The notes under the pieces are model-generated. The model was not told the origin of the DNA and searched no databases. It was given only the letters and a program-made list of their open reading frames with translations. From Thraustochytrium aureum (taxonomy: Eukaryota), in contig BLSG01000275.1 of the NCBI GenBank assembly GCA_012862495.1, forward strand, positions 67,297 to 128,970: a DNA stretch of 61,674 bases. The letters run 5' to 3'. Positions 9,672 to 22,197 of the stretch are shown here, piece after piece. The stretch's first letter is position 1; every line of letters begins with the position of its first letter. A program made the translations under genes and the position numbers.

Positions 9672-12600
9672 ACCGCGCTGGCGGTCCGCAAGTTTCGGCT
9701 CCGGAACGCCGAGTCCCAGCTGTGCCTGGCGCACGACGGCGAGCAGCTCATCTTCGAGGAGTGCGTTGCGGCTCGCGGCGTGCAGCTGTGGAACATCGGC
9801 CAAGGACGCGTTGAGGCCGAAGGGTTGTGCGTTGACCTCGGCTTCGAAGCACCGCGCGTCACGCCTTGCGGCGGCGAAGGCGAAGACGTGGTTGCGCAGC
9901 AATCCGTACGTCTGAACGCGCTTGGGCGCCTGGTCGCCACAGGCGTCGACGGCCAGGAGCTTTGCGCGAGGTACGACGCGATCGACCCGGACGAGATGTG
10001 GGCCATCGGCTTTGGCGAGGAGTGCGGCGCCGAGTCGGCCCGGCAAGCGCTTCAGCCCGTGCGCGATGACGCAGCGCGTCTCCGCCACAAGCAGAGCGGC
10101 AAGTGCTTCGTGCACTCCGGCGCCAACTCCAAGGTGGTGCTCAGCGCGTGCGAGTCCGCCCCAGCATGGACGATGCGGGAGGGCCGCTTGATCACCGCTA
10201 GCGACGGCGTTGAACTCTGCTTGGACAGCTCCCTCGTGAACGACCCTTCCGTGGTCCAGTGCGCCGCCGACACGAAAAACGGCCACCAAGTCAACTTGAT
10301 CAACCAGTTCAATCGCTTGGCAAGCGCAGCGGGCAAGTGCCTGAAAGTCTTGGCGCCAGAGTCGGAGAGCCCCTCCTTCAGGTACGACGGAGCGTGCCAG
10401 TGGCCCGCTGAAGGCCAAGAGTTTGAGCTCGTCCCCCTCACCTCATCGCTCGAACTAAGCTGCTCGCCCGGCAAGTGCCTCGCAACGAGCGGGGTCATCG
10501 GCAGCGCGGTCTCCACCGAGGCCTGCGACGCCACCTCGGCTCGCCAAGCGTGGATCGTGCAGGACGGCCGTGTCTCGAACGGCGCCCTCTGCGTCGACTC
10601 GAGCAGCGGGATCGCGCGGATGGCGCCCTGCTCGGACGCCGACACCCAGCGCGTCGCGTTCGCCAATTCTAGGATCCGCTTCGCCTCCTCGGGCAAGTAC
10701 CTGGAAGTCAACGAGGCCGGGACCGAGGTCTCGCTGTCAAGCGCTGAAGCAGCCTACGGAGCCCTGCTGGTCAGGCCACTGTCCGAGTGCGCCACAGCGG
10801 GAGACAACCTCGACGGCCGCTGCTGCAGCTCCGCGGCGCCTTGCCGTGAAGGGTCGGGCGCCTGCATTTCCAACGACGAGTGTGTCGCCAACCTCGAATG
10901 CGGCGCGCCCGGAAGCTGCCGCGTGTTTGGCTGGGGCGACTCGGAGCAGCGGTGCTGCGTGCAGCCGGACGCTGTGCTTTGCGTGGCCTCGACCTTTGAG
11001 CAGGTCAAGGCGCAGGTGCTCACCTGCCCGACTGGGGTCGTTGCCGTGGTAGAGGACATTTTGTGGGAAGAACCAATCCGCATCCCTGCTGGTAAGCGCG
11101 TGGAAATCGAAGGGGGCACCTCTGGGCTGCCCGGCTTTAACGCCGAGACCGAGGTAGAGCGCGTATCTTTCATGATGCTCAACGCCGTGTCCGACTCGTC
11201 GTTGTTTTTCGAGGGCTTTGGCGAGCTCGAGATCCGCAACGTCGACTTTGTCAACAACGCGACCGGCACGGGCGGTGGAGGCGTAGCCGCCACTGGAGCC
11301 GGCGCCCCGGGGTCACCTTGGTCGGCTGCTCGCTCAGCTCGGACGGGGTCGCTGTGGGCGCCAAAGATGGCGCCGCGATGGAGGTCAAAGGCACCAACCT
11401 GCGCAGCGCTGACGAACGCTCAAGCACAATCAAAGGCTGCAGCGACTGCGATGTGATTTTTTCCGGGTCGACCATGTTCGTCGCTGATCGAACTGCGCCG
11501 CATATCTCTGACACGCGCGTGCTGGATCTCGCTGACGTCCACCTCGAGCTGGACCAAGACTTGCTGCGGCGGCGGCGCCTGCAGAGCGGTGGAGACGAGT
11601 TTGTTGCCAACCAAGTTATTGGGGGCGACAGCATCGGAAACCTCACCGTGCGGGATCGCCACAAGCTCTACGACCCGTTCCTGCGCTGCAACTCGACGGA
11701 AGAGCTGCGCACAGAGTTTGTCCCTTCGCCCGTGGACTGCATCGACCTGTGCGACAGAGACGACATGTGCTTTGGAAACATGTTTGAGCTCAACGTGACC
11801 AACACCACGGCGGACAACTTTTCGACCGAGTTCTCCGTTTGCCACATGTATGGCAAGGTTGACCGTGCGTCTTGCGACCCGATCGTCGACCTCTCGGACA
11901 ACCTCCGCTTTGACCTCACCCGCGTTGTTGCCGATGCGCGCAGCTACGACGGGTCGCTCCTCTCGTACGTGTTCGACCAGAACGGCGACAAGGTCGAGAA
12001 CCCGCTCTGCCTCGACGAGGTCTTTGCAACCCTTACGCAGGTGGCGGACGCTCAGGAGTGCCGCGTATGGTGCAAGTACTATGCTCCCCTCTGCCGAGCA
12101 CTTCGTTACGTCACCTCCTCCAACACTTGCATTCTCGCCGAGTCGACAAAAGTGGGCAACGCCCAGGTGGAGGACGTGAGCGCCTGCAACATCGAAGTCC
12201 TGCCCCCGGTCACCGTGTTTCAGCACCTTTCGTCGGGGTGCACGCCGCAAGGCGATGCCACTCCTCTACTGAAAGGTGTGCAAAACTCCGGCGCATCGTG
12301 CGCGGCTCTCTGCGAGGCCCAGGGCGACGACTGTGTCGCGATCGAGATAGACAAGGAGACGCGCGACTGCCGGTTCATCACGAAGGAGGGGCTCGATCCT
12401 GCCGATTTCACGGCTCGCTGCCGAAGCAATGCTGGTGAGCCACAGCTCCGCACGTACGAGCTGTCGATCTCGTCCAACTCGACGTTTCTCGGCTTTCCCA
12501 AGCACGACTTCCTCAGCGACATGAGCACGGGCACCAGCTTTTGCTCCGTCGCGAATACGATGGACATGGCTGCCCTCGGCCTGGACGGCCTCCGAACCGA

Positions 12601-15600
12601 CTCGAACAGCTTTGGCAACTGCCTGCGCGCCTGCTCGGAAACCTCTGGTTGCGCCGCGGTCGGGCTTAGCGACTTCGAGTCGGGCAGCCCTGGCACGTAC
12701 AAGTGCGACTTCAAGGACAGCGCCGCGTTTAGACCATGCGATATTGGCGCGCCGGAAAGGCTCGACGTACTGCTGCTCATGAGCCGCACCGACGACTTTC
12801 TCATAACGGAAAACGTCAGCAGCATCGATCAGGCTCTGGTGCTCCCGGGCTACACATTCGAGACGTGCCGGCTCCACTGCTGGCTCGATTCGTCCTGCGA
12901 AAAGTTTGTCTTCCAGGCAGCGACCGAGTCGTGCATTGTGGAGACGGCCGAGCCGCTGACCGGCGACATCCCGCCTGCCTTTGTCGTGGACCACGAGGTG
13001 GACACGCTCTTCGCTTCGACCGTTGCTGTGCACAACCTGTCCTCCCATCGGTTCGTCGGGTACAATGGCCAGATCTGGCACTATTCGCCGAGCGAACTCA
13101 GCGTGGAGTCCAGCGAGGACTGCCGCCAGTACTGTGTCCACAACGTGGTTTGCCGGCTCTGGGAGTTCACTGAGCAGGGCAAATGCATTATGTATGAAGG
13201 AGCCAACATCGACTCGACGCTGTCGAGCCCAAGCATCGACGGGGAGCTCTCGCTCCTCGCCTTTGAGACCCAAAGCGGCGTTGGCAAGCAGCGCGAGTAC
13301 ATCAACCTGACAACCTCGGCGGAGCCCGCGGGCGAGCCCATCGCCGTTTCCGCGCTGTCTGGGGTCGATGCCGAGTCAGCTTGCATTGTTCTTTGCGAGA
13401 TGGAGCGATGGTGCGAGGTTGCGGTTTTCGACCACATCCTGCTCACCTGCGCGTTCTACCGTGGCTCCGCGCCCCGCACCACAAACGCAACCTTTGCGGA
13501 CCCACGCGTCTTTGTGGCGCAGTCGGCCTACGAGTTCGATGTCGTCAACACCGACTATTGCTTGTTTGGCGCAAATCTCGGCCAGTTCGGACCTATGACT
13601 CTCGAGGGCTGCAAGGCGAAGTGCAAAGCCAGCACGGATCGCTGCGAAAGCTTTCTGTATGAATACTCGACGGCGCAATGCACGCTTCACAAGGGATTTT
13701 CGCTCCTGCCCGAGGGCGGAAGCTGCCCGCGACCGACTGCGGTGGCGATGCGTAGCGTTGAGCGGTTCCGCGACGAGGAGGTCTCGTTTCTGCATCTCAA
13801 GGGCGTCTGCCCAGCCGAAGGTGACTCAGCGGTGTACGACGTCCGCACCAACCGTTCGCTCACGCGATGCGAGCGACTCTGCGAGATCGACAGCCGATGC
13901 CGCGCGTTCCACTTTGATGCCGGCTCGTCGAGGTGCTCGCTGCTTGATTCGCCAGAGTACAAGGCGTCGTGCGGTCAAACCTCGCTCGCGCCGAACGGCA
14001 TGCGGATTCGATTTGTCGCCGACAAGTTTACGTCTGCCGCCGGAAAGTGCGTCGGCAGTGGTGTCAACACTGTCAAGGAGACCACCTCCATTGAGCTCGA
14101 AGAGTGTGCGATTCTCTGCGACGCTGTGCTCGCGTGCCGAGCTTTCTCATACGATGCCTCTGAGCGAAAATGCAGGCTCCTTGACTCGCCGTGGGCCAAA
14201 GCGCCTGTGAGCAAGGCGGATTCGTGCCTTCGCGCAACCGTCTACCAGGCCCACTCATCCATGTTTTTCACGGAAGACTCTGAGACGTGCGGGGACCCCT
14301 CGGCGAAGCTGAGCGATCAGTTGCCAAATGTCGAGGTCACCTTGGACGAGTGCAAGGCAATGTGCGCGGCGCGAGGCCAGGATTGCCATGCTTTCAACTA
14401 CGACCAGAAGGAAATGTCCTGCCAGCTCCTGGGTGCGAGCCCGTGCGGTGAGGTCGGCGCGCCTTGCTCCGTGGCATGCCCCACACTGGACAGCAAGTTG
14501 TACGTCTCCTTCCGGCACCACGCAATCCCAGAGCTGCGGTACAGGTTTCTGCCCGGCGTTGCATGCCATGACGACACGGCGTCCACCGAACGCAATATTG
14601 TCGGTTCCTTTGCGCACTGCCAGCTTGCCTGCGCGCAGGACCCCAACTGCCGCACCGTCTCCCGTGATGGTGATGTTTGCAAGTTTGGGGGGCCGACCTT
14701 TTCTTTTGGGGAATGTCCCGACGTTAAATTCAAACGCGTCGTGGAGCGCTTTGGCGAGATCATCGACGTTACTGTGGCACAAAATGACTTGAATGACGCT
14801 GTCGAATACGTGGACAAGTCTGACGACGAGTGCCGCGCACTGTGCGCTTCGCGGGACAACTGCATCAACGTCATGCGGCCTCTGCAGTGCCCTTGGCTCG
14901 ACCGGCGGCCTGAGTGCAGACTGTCGATTTCGCGGGCCTACAGCGTGAGCGGATCAGATGACCTCTGCCCAGACCCGCCAGGCGAACCGGGCCAAACAGC
15001 GCAGGACATCTCTATTTTCAAGGGCCGCTTCCTGTTCTCCGGCGCCGTTACCACGTTGTGCAGAGATGGAGACTTTCGCACGCTTGTCTCGCTCAATGTT
15101 CCCTCCCAAGACGATTGCCTCGAGCTCTGCCTGGACGACGAGACGTGCCAAGGGTTCGAGTTCGGCAGCGACACGCCCAAGCTGAGCACTGAACGCTGTT
15201 CAACGTACCGCAGCACAACCAAGAACACGGAGGCCCTGCACGCACCAACTTGCGCCTCAATCAGCGGCGCTCGATTCTTCAAGCGCGGGAGCGCAGAACT
15301 GAAGACGCTGAGCTTGACCGAGTACAACGCGCGTGTGTGGCTCCGCGATCCGAACGCGCGCGTCGGAAAGGAGCTCTATGGTGCTGCCAACAAGTTCAAG
15401 CGCGTCACGACCGAAGTGGTGCGCAAGTTTGACCAGGCTGCGGCGGCCACAGCAGTTGCCGTGACCGTTCTTGGGACCCTTGTGGAAGGCATCAGCCTCG
15501 TCCGTGAGGCTCTGCTCATCGTCACTCCCGTGATGCACTCTCTCGAGATTGCGGTCGACCTCGCTGGTAAGCTGCTGCAGGGGATCCCGATCGTCGGCAA

Positions 15601-18061
15601 AGTGATCCAGGGCCTGATCAAGATCTTCACTACGCTGCTCAAGGTTTCGCGCAAGTCGCTGAACAACATGGCCAAAAAGCTCGTCAACAAGCGCAAGAAG
15701 GTGGAGCGGGCGGAGGCGGCCATGCTCAAGCTCGACGGCCTGCTCGCGTCCACGAGCGAGATCCTCGAGCCTCTTCCTGAGGCGGTCTACACCGGCACGA
15801 TCGTGCTCATCAAGGCGCACGAGTGCGCCTACAAGAACAACAAGCTTGTCCACGTCGATGACATGGAGGGCATCATGGAGGGGCTCACGAAGATGGTAGA
15901 GGGCATCTCGAAGCGCATGCAGAGCATTTCCTCTGCCTCTCTCCGCCAGTTTGAGTCTGGCTTGAGGCTGGCGACCTCGGTGCAGAGCCACATTTCCGCG
16001 GTGATGAACGGGCCGCTTGGCGCGCTCTCCCGCATCCTCAGCAAGCTGTCGTGGCTGGCCAGGATCCCGGAGCTCTCGTTCAGAATCCCAGCGATCAGGA
16101 TCAGGCTCATTTTCGTCACGATTACGCTGTTTCCGGGTCTCACGGTCAAGCTGGTCGACATTGCGCGGCTGCTCTCCCCGCTCGAGTGGCTCTTCAGCTG
16201 GCTCCCAATCGACGGGATGATAGAGTCCGTCTTGCCCAAGTTTTCGCTTGTGCCTGTCGATTTGAATTTGGCGCGGTTCGACTTTGTGGACGGCTTCACC
16301 AGCGCGGTGGACAACGCCTACGAGAACATTCTCGACGGCCTGCAATTCCCGAACAACCAACTCGAGAGCTTCCTCGGCGACCTTCGCGAGCGGCTCCCCA
16401 CCAACTTTGTGCCGTGCGACTTTGGCGAGACCCTGGTTGAGCTCGTTTCGCCGCCTGAGGACGAGGAGGAGCGCCGGATGCTTGCTGCGGCCCCAGGGAA
16501 CGCGGTGGGCGACATCGCCAAAGCGCGGCCCGGCAGCCTGCGCCGCCTCGGGGCCGTCGTGGACGCCCCGCAAAAGTACGAGGCGCAGGTTGGCATCGTC
16601 GACCTGCTGGAGAGCGCCATATTCAGCACGCTGATCGGGCGCCGCCGCCAGGAGCCGGGCGCCTCTGGCGCGTCGCGCCGGGGGCGCACCAAGCTGGAAG
16701 GTAACAAAGCCAAGGGCGGCTCGCCCAAGATTCGCCTGATGGAGCCTCGGCTCACGGCGATGGCGGCCGACTCTGGTGAGATGGACCTGGCGGGCGACGG
16801 TGGAGACATCCCGTTTCGCGTCTCGACCACGCTCCGCGTCGCGCCGATCCCCGCAGAGCCCTCATACCTCGCGCTTGAATTTGTGGCCCAAGTAAACGGG
16901 GAGAAGAAGCCGGTCTCGCCCGTGTGCTGGATGGCCGTGGACAAGCGTGACGGCAGCCCCAAGGCCATGCCAGGCGTTTCGGCCGGCCGGCCGAGCACCG
17001 TGCCTCACCTCAACGGCGCGCCGGCCCGCCTTGGGTTCCCGCTCGAGTTTGCCCCGGAGGGCAACCCGTGGCAAGACGCCTGGGAGGTGGAGCTGCGCTC
17101 GCGGCTCTCCACCTCGGTTCCTGCGGGTCTCACCGAGGCGAACTGCAACAACTTGTGCCCAGTGGGGGCCAAGTGTGCCGCGCAGGGGTCCTCCGGCACG
17201 GCGAGGTGGGTCTCCAAGTCGATTTCGATCCCGGAAGAGACGTTCCAATTCGCGGCTTTCCACGCGACGTCCGGGCCGCCCGGGAGCGGGCTCGAGTGGC
17301 GGGACCTGTTCTTCCACAAGCAGACCTTTGGCGCGTGCGCAGTGCAGCCGCGTATGGCCGAGCTCAAGGAGGCGGTGAAGAGTGCGCTAGAGTCTGGCGG
17401 GAACGCAGGCGCTCTCGCCGAGGCGCACGCCCTCGTGCTGGACCTGTGCAGGCCGCGCGACAGCGAGGCGGAGGATTTTGCCGCCCTGTTTGCTGGCACG
17501 CTCGAGTCTGCGTCTGGGGGCACGCTGCCTGCGCCAGAAGCGGAGTGCAGCGACATCAAGTGGCTTCTACCGCGCGACGCGCCTTGCGGGAGCAAGTCGA
17601 ATGGGCTCTGCACGCTCATCGAGTGCGGAGACGGCTGGAGCGCTGCCGAGGAGGGCGAGCCCAACACGTACGTGGTGGAGCACCTCTACGACACGGACAC
17701 GTTCCGTACTCCGTTCCATGGCCACAAGAACACCAACACGCTGGCCAACCTCGTCTACGCGTGGAGCGCTTGGAGCTCATCGGTGGCTTTTCCGCGCTCG
17801 GAGGGCTTGCCCGGCCCGCTCGAGCGCTACAAGCGCTCTGTGGCCGAGAAGGCCGAGGTATTCCAGGTCGGCGGCGAGGAGGTCATGGACAAGATTTCCA
17901 GCTTGCTGGACTGGTGCGACGACAGCGGCGCAGCCTGGCGTCGCGACGCCCCTTCCGCGGCGAGCCTTGGCAACGCGCTTCGGTCGGCCTTTGACGGCGA
18001 CATGGCCGCGATCCTCCCGCTCGACTTGCTCTCGTGGTGCCCGGTGCCCTCGGGCCGGTAA
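9672..18061 (+). CDS. Giant (~2,800 aa) extracellular-type protein: ricin-B lectin domains, Cys-rich module, 14 PAN/Apple-like domains, long helical region and HNH-like C-terminal motif; 5' end in gap; frameshift near 11310
   Basis: Ricin-type C-L...C...Q-x-W repeats (SGKCF, GKCLAT, RQAWIV). CCSSAAPCREGSGACISNDEC module. Fourteen C-x3-C-x5/6-C-x-(A/S/G)F-type motifs between ~11690 and 15290. ORF 8838-11456 joins ORF 11318-18061 at ...AGAP/GVTLVGCSL. Confidence 0.8.
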
Positions 18062-18718
18062 AGAGCGAGGGCTGGTCCTGAGTCGCGGACAGCAGACTCG
18101 CTCAATTTCACACTCGGAGTAGAGTAAGAAGGTCTCTTTAACTAAAAGAAGGTCTGGCAGCTGCATTCTGGTGCCTGACTGTCCCGTTGCGCGGCTTGTG
18201 CGCGCACGAGCTGCCCGAGTCGAACGTGGAAATTGAGTTGAGCTACTCAACCTAGTACTCGTGAAAAAAAAAATCGAACTCTACGCTACCCAGTAGAAAC
18301 CAAGTCATCGTCCCCGCGGCTGCGCGGCAACCGTGCAAGGGCAGAGAATTTGTCGGGTAGATGTACTTAGGGTACGAAGATTTCAATCAAATTCAATTAG
18401 CTCTTCAACTCTCACAACAAGCGGTGGCTAGGCTGGAAAAGTGTCGAGAAGAGCCGCCCAGCGCCGCGCCACGGCTGCCCGAAGCAGCAACGACACAGCC
18501 TCTTGTGCACGAGGTCCAACGCCGAAAAGCAGGCGCGGCGCAATTCAAGGAAAATATCACTACCCACCAGATCCCAACCCACAGACCTAAAGCGGACAGG
18601 GGTTACAGAGCGGGGGGGAGGGCTTGCAATGCAGCCCACCCAGCTCGGCTCTGCCCGTCAAGACTTGGGGTTCCTTTTGTTCTGGTCGGTCAGCCGGTCA
18701 GAGAGGGCGAACAGCAAT

Positions 18719-20296
18719 TTAGAACATGCCGCCGCCCATGCCGCCCATGCCACCCATGCCGCCGCCGCCCATGCTGTCGGGCTTGTCCTCCTTGATCTCT
18801 GTCACGACAGCCTCCGTGGTGGTCAGAAGACCGGACACGGACGCCGCATCGAGAAGAGCAGTGCGGACCACCTTGGTCGGGTCGATGATACCCTTCTCGA
18901 ACATGTTGCCGTACTCGCTGTTCTGAGCGTCGTAGCCGATGTTGCAGTCAGACTCCTCCAGGAGCTTGCCAACAACAACGGCACCTTCGTCACCAGCGTT
19001 GGCAACAATGGTGCGAGCGGGAACGACGATGGCCTTTTGCACGATCTCCACGCCGATGCGCTGGTCGACGTTGAGGGTCTCCGCGGCGAGCGCAGTGAGG
19101 GCCTTGGAGGCATGGAGAAGCGCCGAGCCACCGCCGGGGACAATGCCCTCTTCCACAGCGGCACGGGTGGCGTTGAGGGCATCGACGACGCGGTCCTTCT
19201 TCTCGCCGACCTCGGACTCGGTGGCACCACCGACCTTGATGACAGCAATACCGCCGGACAGCTTGGCGAGGCGCTCCTGGAGCTTTTCAATCTCGTAGCT
19301 CGAGGTGCTGTTCTCGATCGAGGCTTTGATGAGCTCGATGCGCTCCTCGATGTCAGCCTTGGCGCCGGCGCCGTCAAGCACGATGGTGTCGTCCTTGGAG
19401 ACGGTCACCTTCTTGGCCTGGCCGAGCATATCGATCTCGACGTTCTCGAGCTTGAGGCCCACGTCGTTGGAGATGACCTGGCCGCCGGTGAGGATGGCGA
19501 GGTCCTGCAGGTTGGCCTTGCGGTTGTCGCCAAAGCCGGGCGCCTTGACGGCGCAGACCTTGAGGCCGCCGCGCAGCTTGTTAACGACGAGGGTGGCGAG
19601 GGCCTCGCCCTCGACGTCCTCGGCCACGATCAGCAGCGGGCGCGAGTCCTTGACGGTCGCCTCGAGCAGAGGGACGAGGGACTGAAGGTTGGAGATCTTG
19701 CCCTCGTAGAAGAGTACACGCGCGTTCTCGAACTCGCACTTTTGGGTCTTGGGGTCGGTGAGGAAGTAGGGCGAGATGTAGCCGCGGTCAAACTTCATGC
19801 CCTCCACGACCTCGAGCTCGTCCTCGAGCGTCTTGCCGTCCTGGCAGGTGATGACGCCCTCCTTGCCGACCTTCTCCATGGCCGTGCTGATGAGGCTGCC
19901 GACCACCTTGTCGCCGTTGGCCGAGATGGTGGCCACTTGCTCGATCTCGTCCTTGGAGGAGATCTGCTTGCTCATCTTGCCGAGCTCGGCGACGACCGTG
20001 TCCACGGCGGCGGTGATGCCGCGGCGGAGGTCCATCGGGTTGTAGCCAGCGGCAACGGCCTTGACGCCCTCCTTGAAGATGGCGCGCGCGAGAACGGTTG
20101 AGGTCGTGGTGCCATCACCGGCGATGTCGTTCGTCTTGCTCGCGACCTGGCGGACCAGCAGGGCGCCGAGGTTTTGCACGGGCTCGGCAAGGTCGATGGC
20201 CTTGGCGACGGTGACGCCGTCCTTGGTGACCTTGGGGGCGCCGAAGCTCTGCTCGATCACCACGTTGCGGCCCTTGGGACCGAGCGTAACTTGGAC
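18719..20296 (-). CDS. HSP60: Mitochondrial chaperonin 60, main exon (first exon presumably in gap 20586-20844)
   Basis: ACAG|GTC acceptor, then [33 protein letters not shown] and a C-terminal GGM repeat. Confidence 0.97.
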   Translation of the reverse strand, partial: VQVTLGPKGRNVVIEQSFGAPKVTKDGVTVAKAIDLAEPVQNLGALLVRQVASKTNDIAGDGTTTSTVLARAIFKEGVKAVAAGYNPMDLRRGITAAVDTVVAELGKMSKQISSKDEIEQVATISANGDKVVGSLISTAMEKVGKEGVITCQDGKTLEDELEVVEGMKFDRGYISPYFLTDPKTQKCEFENARVLFYEGKISNLQSLVPLLEATVKDSRPLLIVAEDVEGEALATLVVNKLRGGLKVCAVKAPGFGDNRKANLQDLAILTGGQVISNDVGLKLENVEIDMLGQAKKVTVSKDDTIVLDGAGAKADIEERIELIKASIENSTSSYEIEKLQERLAKLSGGIAVIKVGGATESEVGEKKDRVVDALNATRAAVEEGIVPGGGSALLHASKALTALAAETLNVDQRIGVEIVQKAIVVPARTIVANAGDEGAVVVGKLLEESDCNIGYDAQNSEYGNMFEKGIIDPTKVVRTALLDAASVSGLLTTTEAVVTEIKEDKPDSMGGGGMGGMGGMGGGMF

Positions 20297-21414
20297 CTGT
20301 TGATGTCACGAGCAGGGGTTGACGTCAGTGCAAAGGCTCAAGCCAAGCAAGCCCAAGCCGCGGCCGCGCCTCCCTTCCCTCCCGCTCTGATACGGAGCGC
20401 TGCACTCAGACATCCAAGGAAATTTGGGCCAGCACAGAGCCGCCGCGACGGCGAAGTCGACGACAGCCACTCTGGTTTGCAACTGCGTGCGAGACGATGG
20501 AACTTTCTCCTCACTGCGCGCGCTCTGTATCACCCTCCGCCCCGCTCACCCAGGCGAGCAGCCGCCTCCACCCAACACAACATCANNNNNNNNNNNNNNN
20601 NNNNNNNNNNNNNNNNNNNNNNNNNNNNNNNNNNNNNNNNNNNNNNNNNNNNNNNNNNNNNNNNNNNNNNNNNNNNNNNNNNNNNNNNNNNNNNNNNNNN
20701 NNNNNNNNNNNNNNNNNNNNNNNNNNNNNNNNNNNNNNNNNNNNNNNNNNNNNNNNNNNNNNNNNNNNNNNNNNNNNNNNNNNNNNNNNNNNNNNNNNNN
20801 NNNNNNNNNNNNNNNNNNNNNNNNNNNNNNNNNNNNNNNNNNNNCCAACACACGCACGCGCTCACTCGCTCGCTCGCTCACTCGCTCGCTCCGGCCCGGC
20901 CGCTTGCCTGCACTAGCTGCACCTGCTGCTGCTCTTGCACTCGCTGCTCGCTCGCGTTAGGGGTCTGCCGCGTTCGGGGACTGCCTGCCCGCCTGCGTGT
21001 CTGGTCTGTCTGTCTACCTATTCCCGCTTCTGCGCCTCGTAGGAAGATCCGCCGGCCGGCTACGGGAAACGGTAGCAGGTCCTAGGCCCGCGCGTCGTCC
21101 ACCCATTATTCTCCCTGCCACGCTGCGTGCTTTGCTTTTTCTGGAAGAACCGTTTTGTTCGCTCTGTTCGCTGCCGCGTTCGTTCGTTCTGGATCATGGT
21201 GCTGACCAGCTTGTGGACGCGCAGTTGGGCGCGCGGAGGGCCGCGGAGCTGTTGGCTGCCGCTCGACGCCGTGCTGGGCTGCCGCGGCGCTGGGGTGGTG
21301 GCTTCGCTGCTTCAGACACGACATTTCTGGATGATCCGTCGGTCCACCTGTACGACTGGCGTGGTGGAGGTCGTTTACTCTTTACTCCCATGGCATCTGG
21401 CCTCGTCGTTGAGC

Positions 21415-21582
21415 TCACGATCATCGGGCTGTGATTGATGATCAATCATCTGATTGGTCCTGATCAAGATCAAGAGCAGTCATCATGAGTCTTTGATGAT
21501 CATTGTCGATGATCATCGACGATGATGATCATCGTTGAGCATCATGATCACCATCGTCGATCATGATCACATCATGATCTGA
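21415..21582. repeat. GAT/CAT low-complexity tract rich in GATC, TGATCA and ATCATGAT palindromes
   Basis: e.g. gatgatcattgtcgatgatcatcgacgatgatgatcatcgttgagcatcatgatcaccatcgtcgatcatgatcacatcatgatc. Confidence 0.8.
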
Positions 21583-22197
21583 AGTTTCAGAACTGCTCCG
21601 AGTCAAGGAGTCGAGCGACAGAGGATGGTCGACGGATGGCACCGCGATTACTTTCAGATCAGCCGAGAAGCGCATCCCCGTTTTCGTCTCACCTCAACCA
21701 ACGCGCCTCTCCCCAAGTAACTCTGAGCACACCAGCCCTCGGTCTATCTTCAGGCGCACAGCATCAACGAGCAAAGGATCAATGAACATTTGGAATGTTC
21801 CTGGCTTCGCCTGAGGTCCATTGGGCACAATTTCGTGCTCTTGCCGCGATAATGAATACCTCCGCGCCGCAAAGAGACATGGAGTACGGCGCTCAGTACC
21901 AAAGGTACTGGGTATTGCCGGCCGTCTGATGAAACAGAGCGTTCGAGTTTGCATCGGTGCAATGCCAACTCGACCGGACCTCTAGAGTTCCTGCTTGGAA
22001 GTTTTGGCGACGGAATTCCACTGCCAGATCCCGACACTGCCAGATCCCGATGCCAGATCGCAGATCGTCGCATGTGCGCGAGAGCTGGCAGACACCCATC
22101 GCGAGACGGCTCCAAGTGGCCCGAGTCGCTGGCCTGAGTCGTTGGCCGCTAGAGAGAGCAGGAACTGGCGCCGGCTGTGCGGCAGGACGAGCCCAAG

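Noticed and set aside
18503..20101. 532-aa + strand ORF opposite HSP60, and similar shadows opposite RPL5, ISIP3 and FTR1b
   Set aside because: Antisense shadows caused by high-GC3 codon bias.
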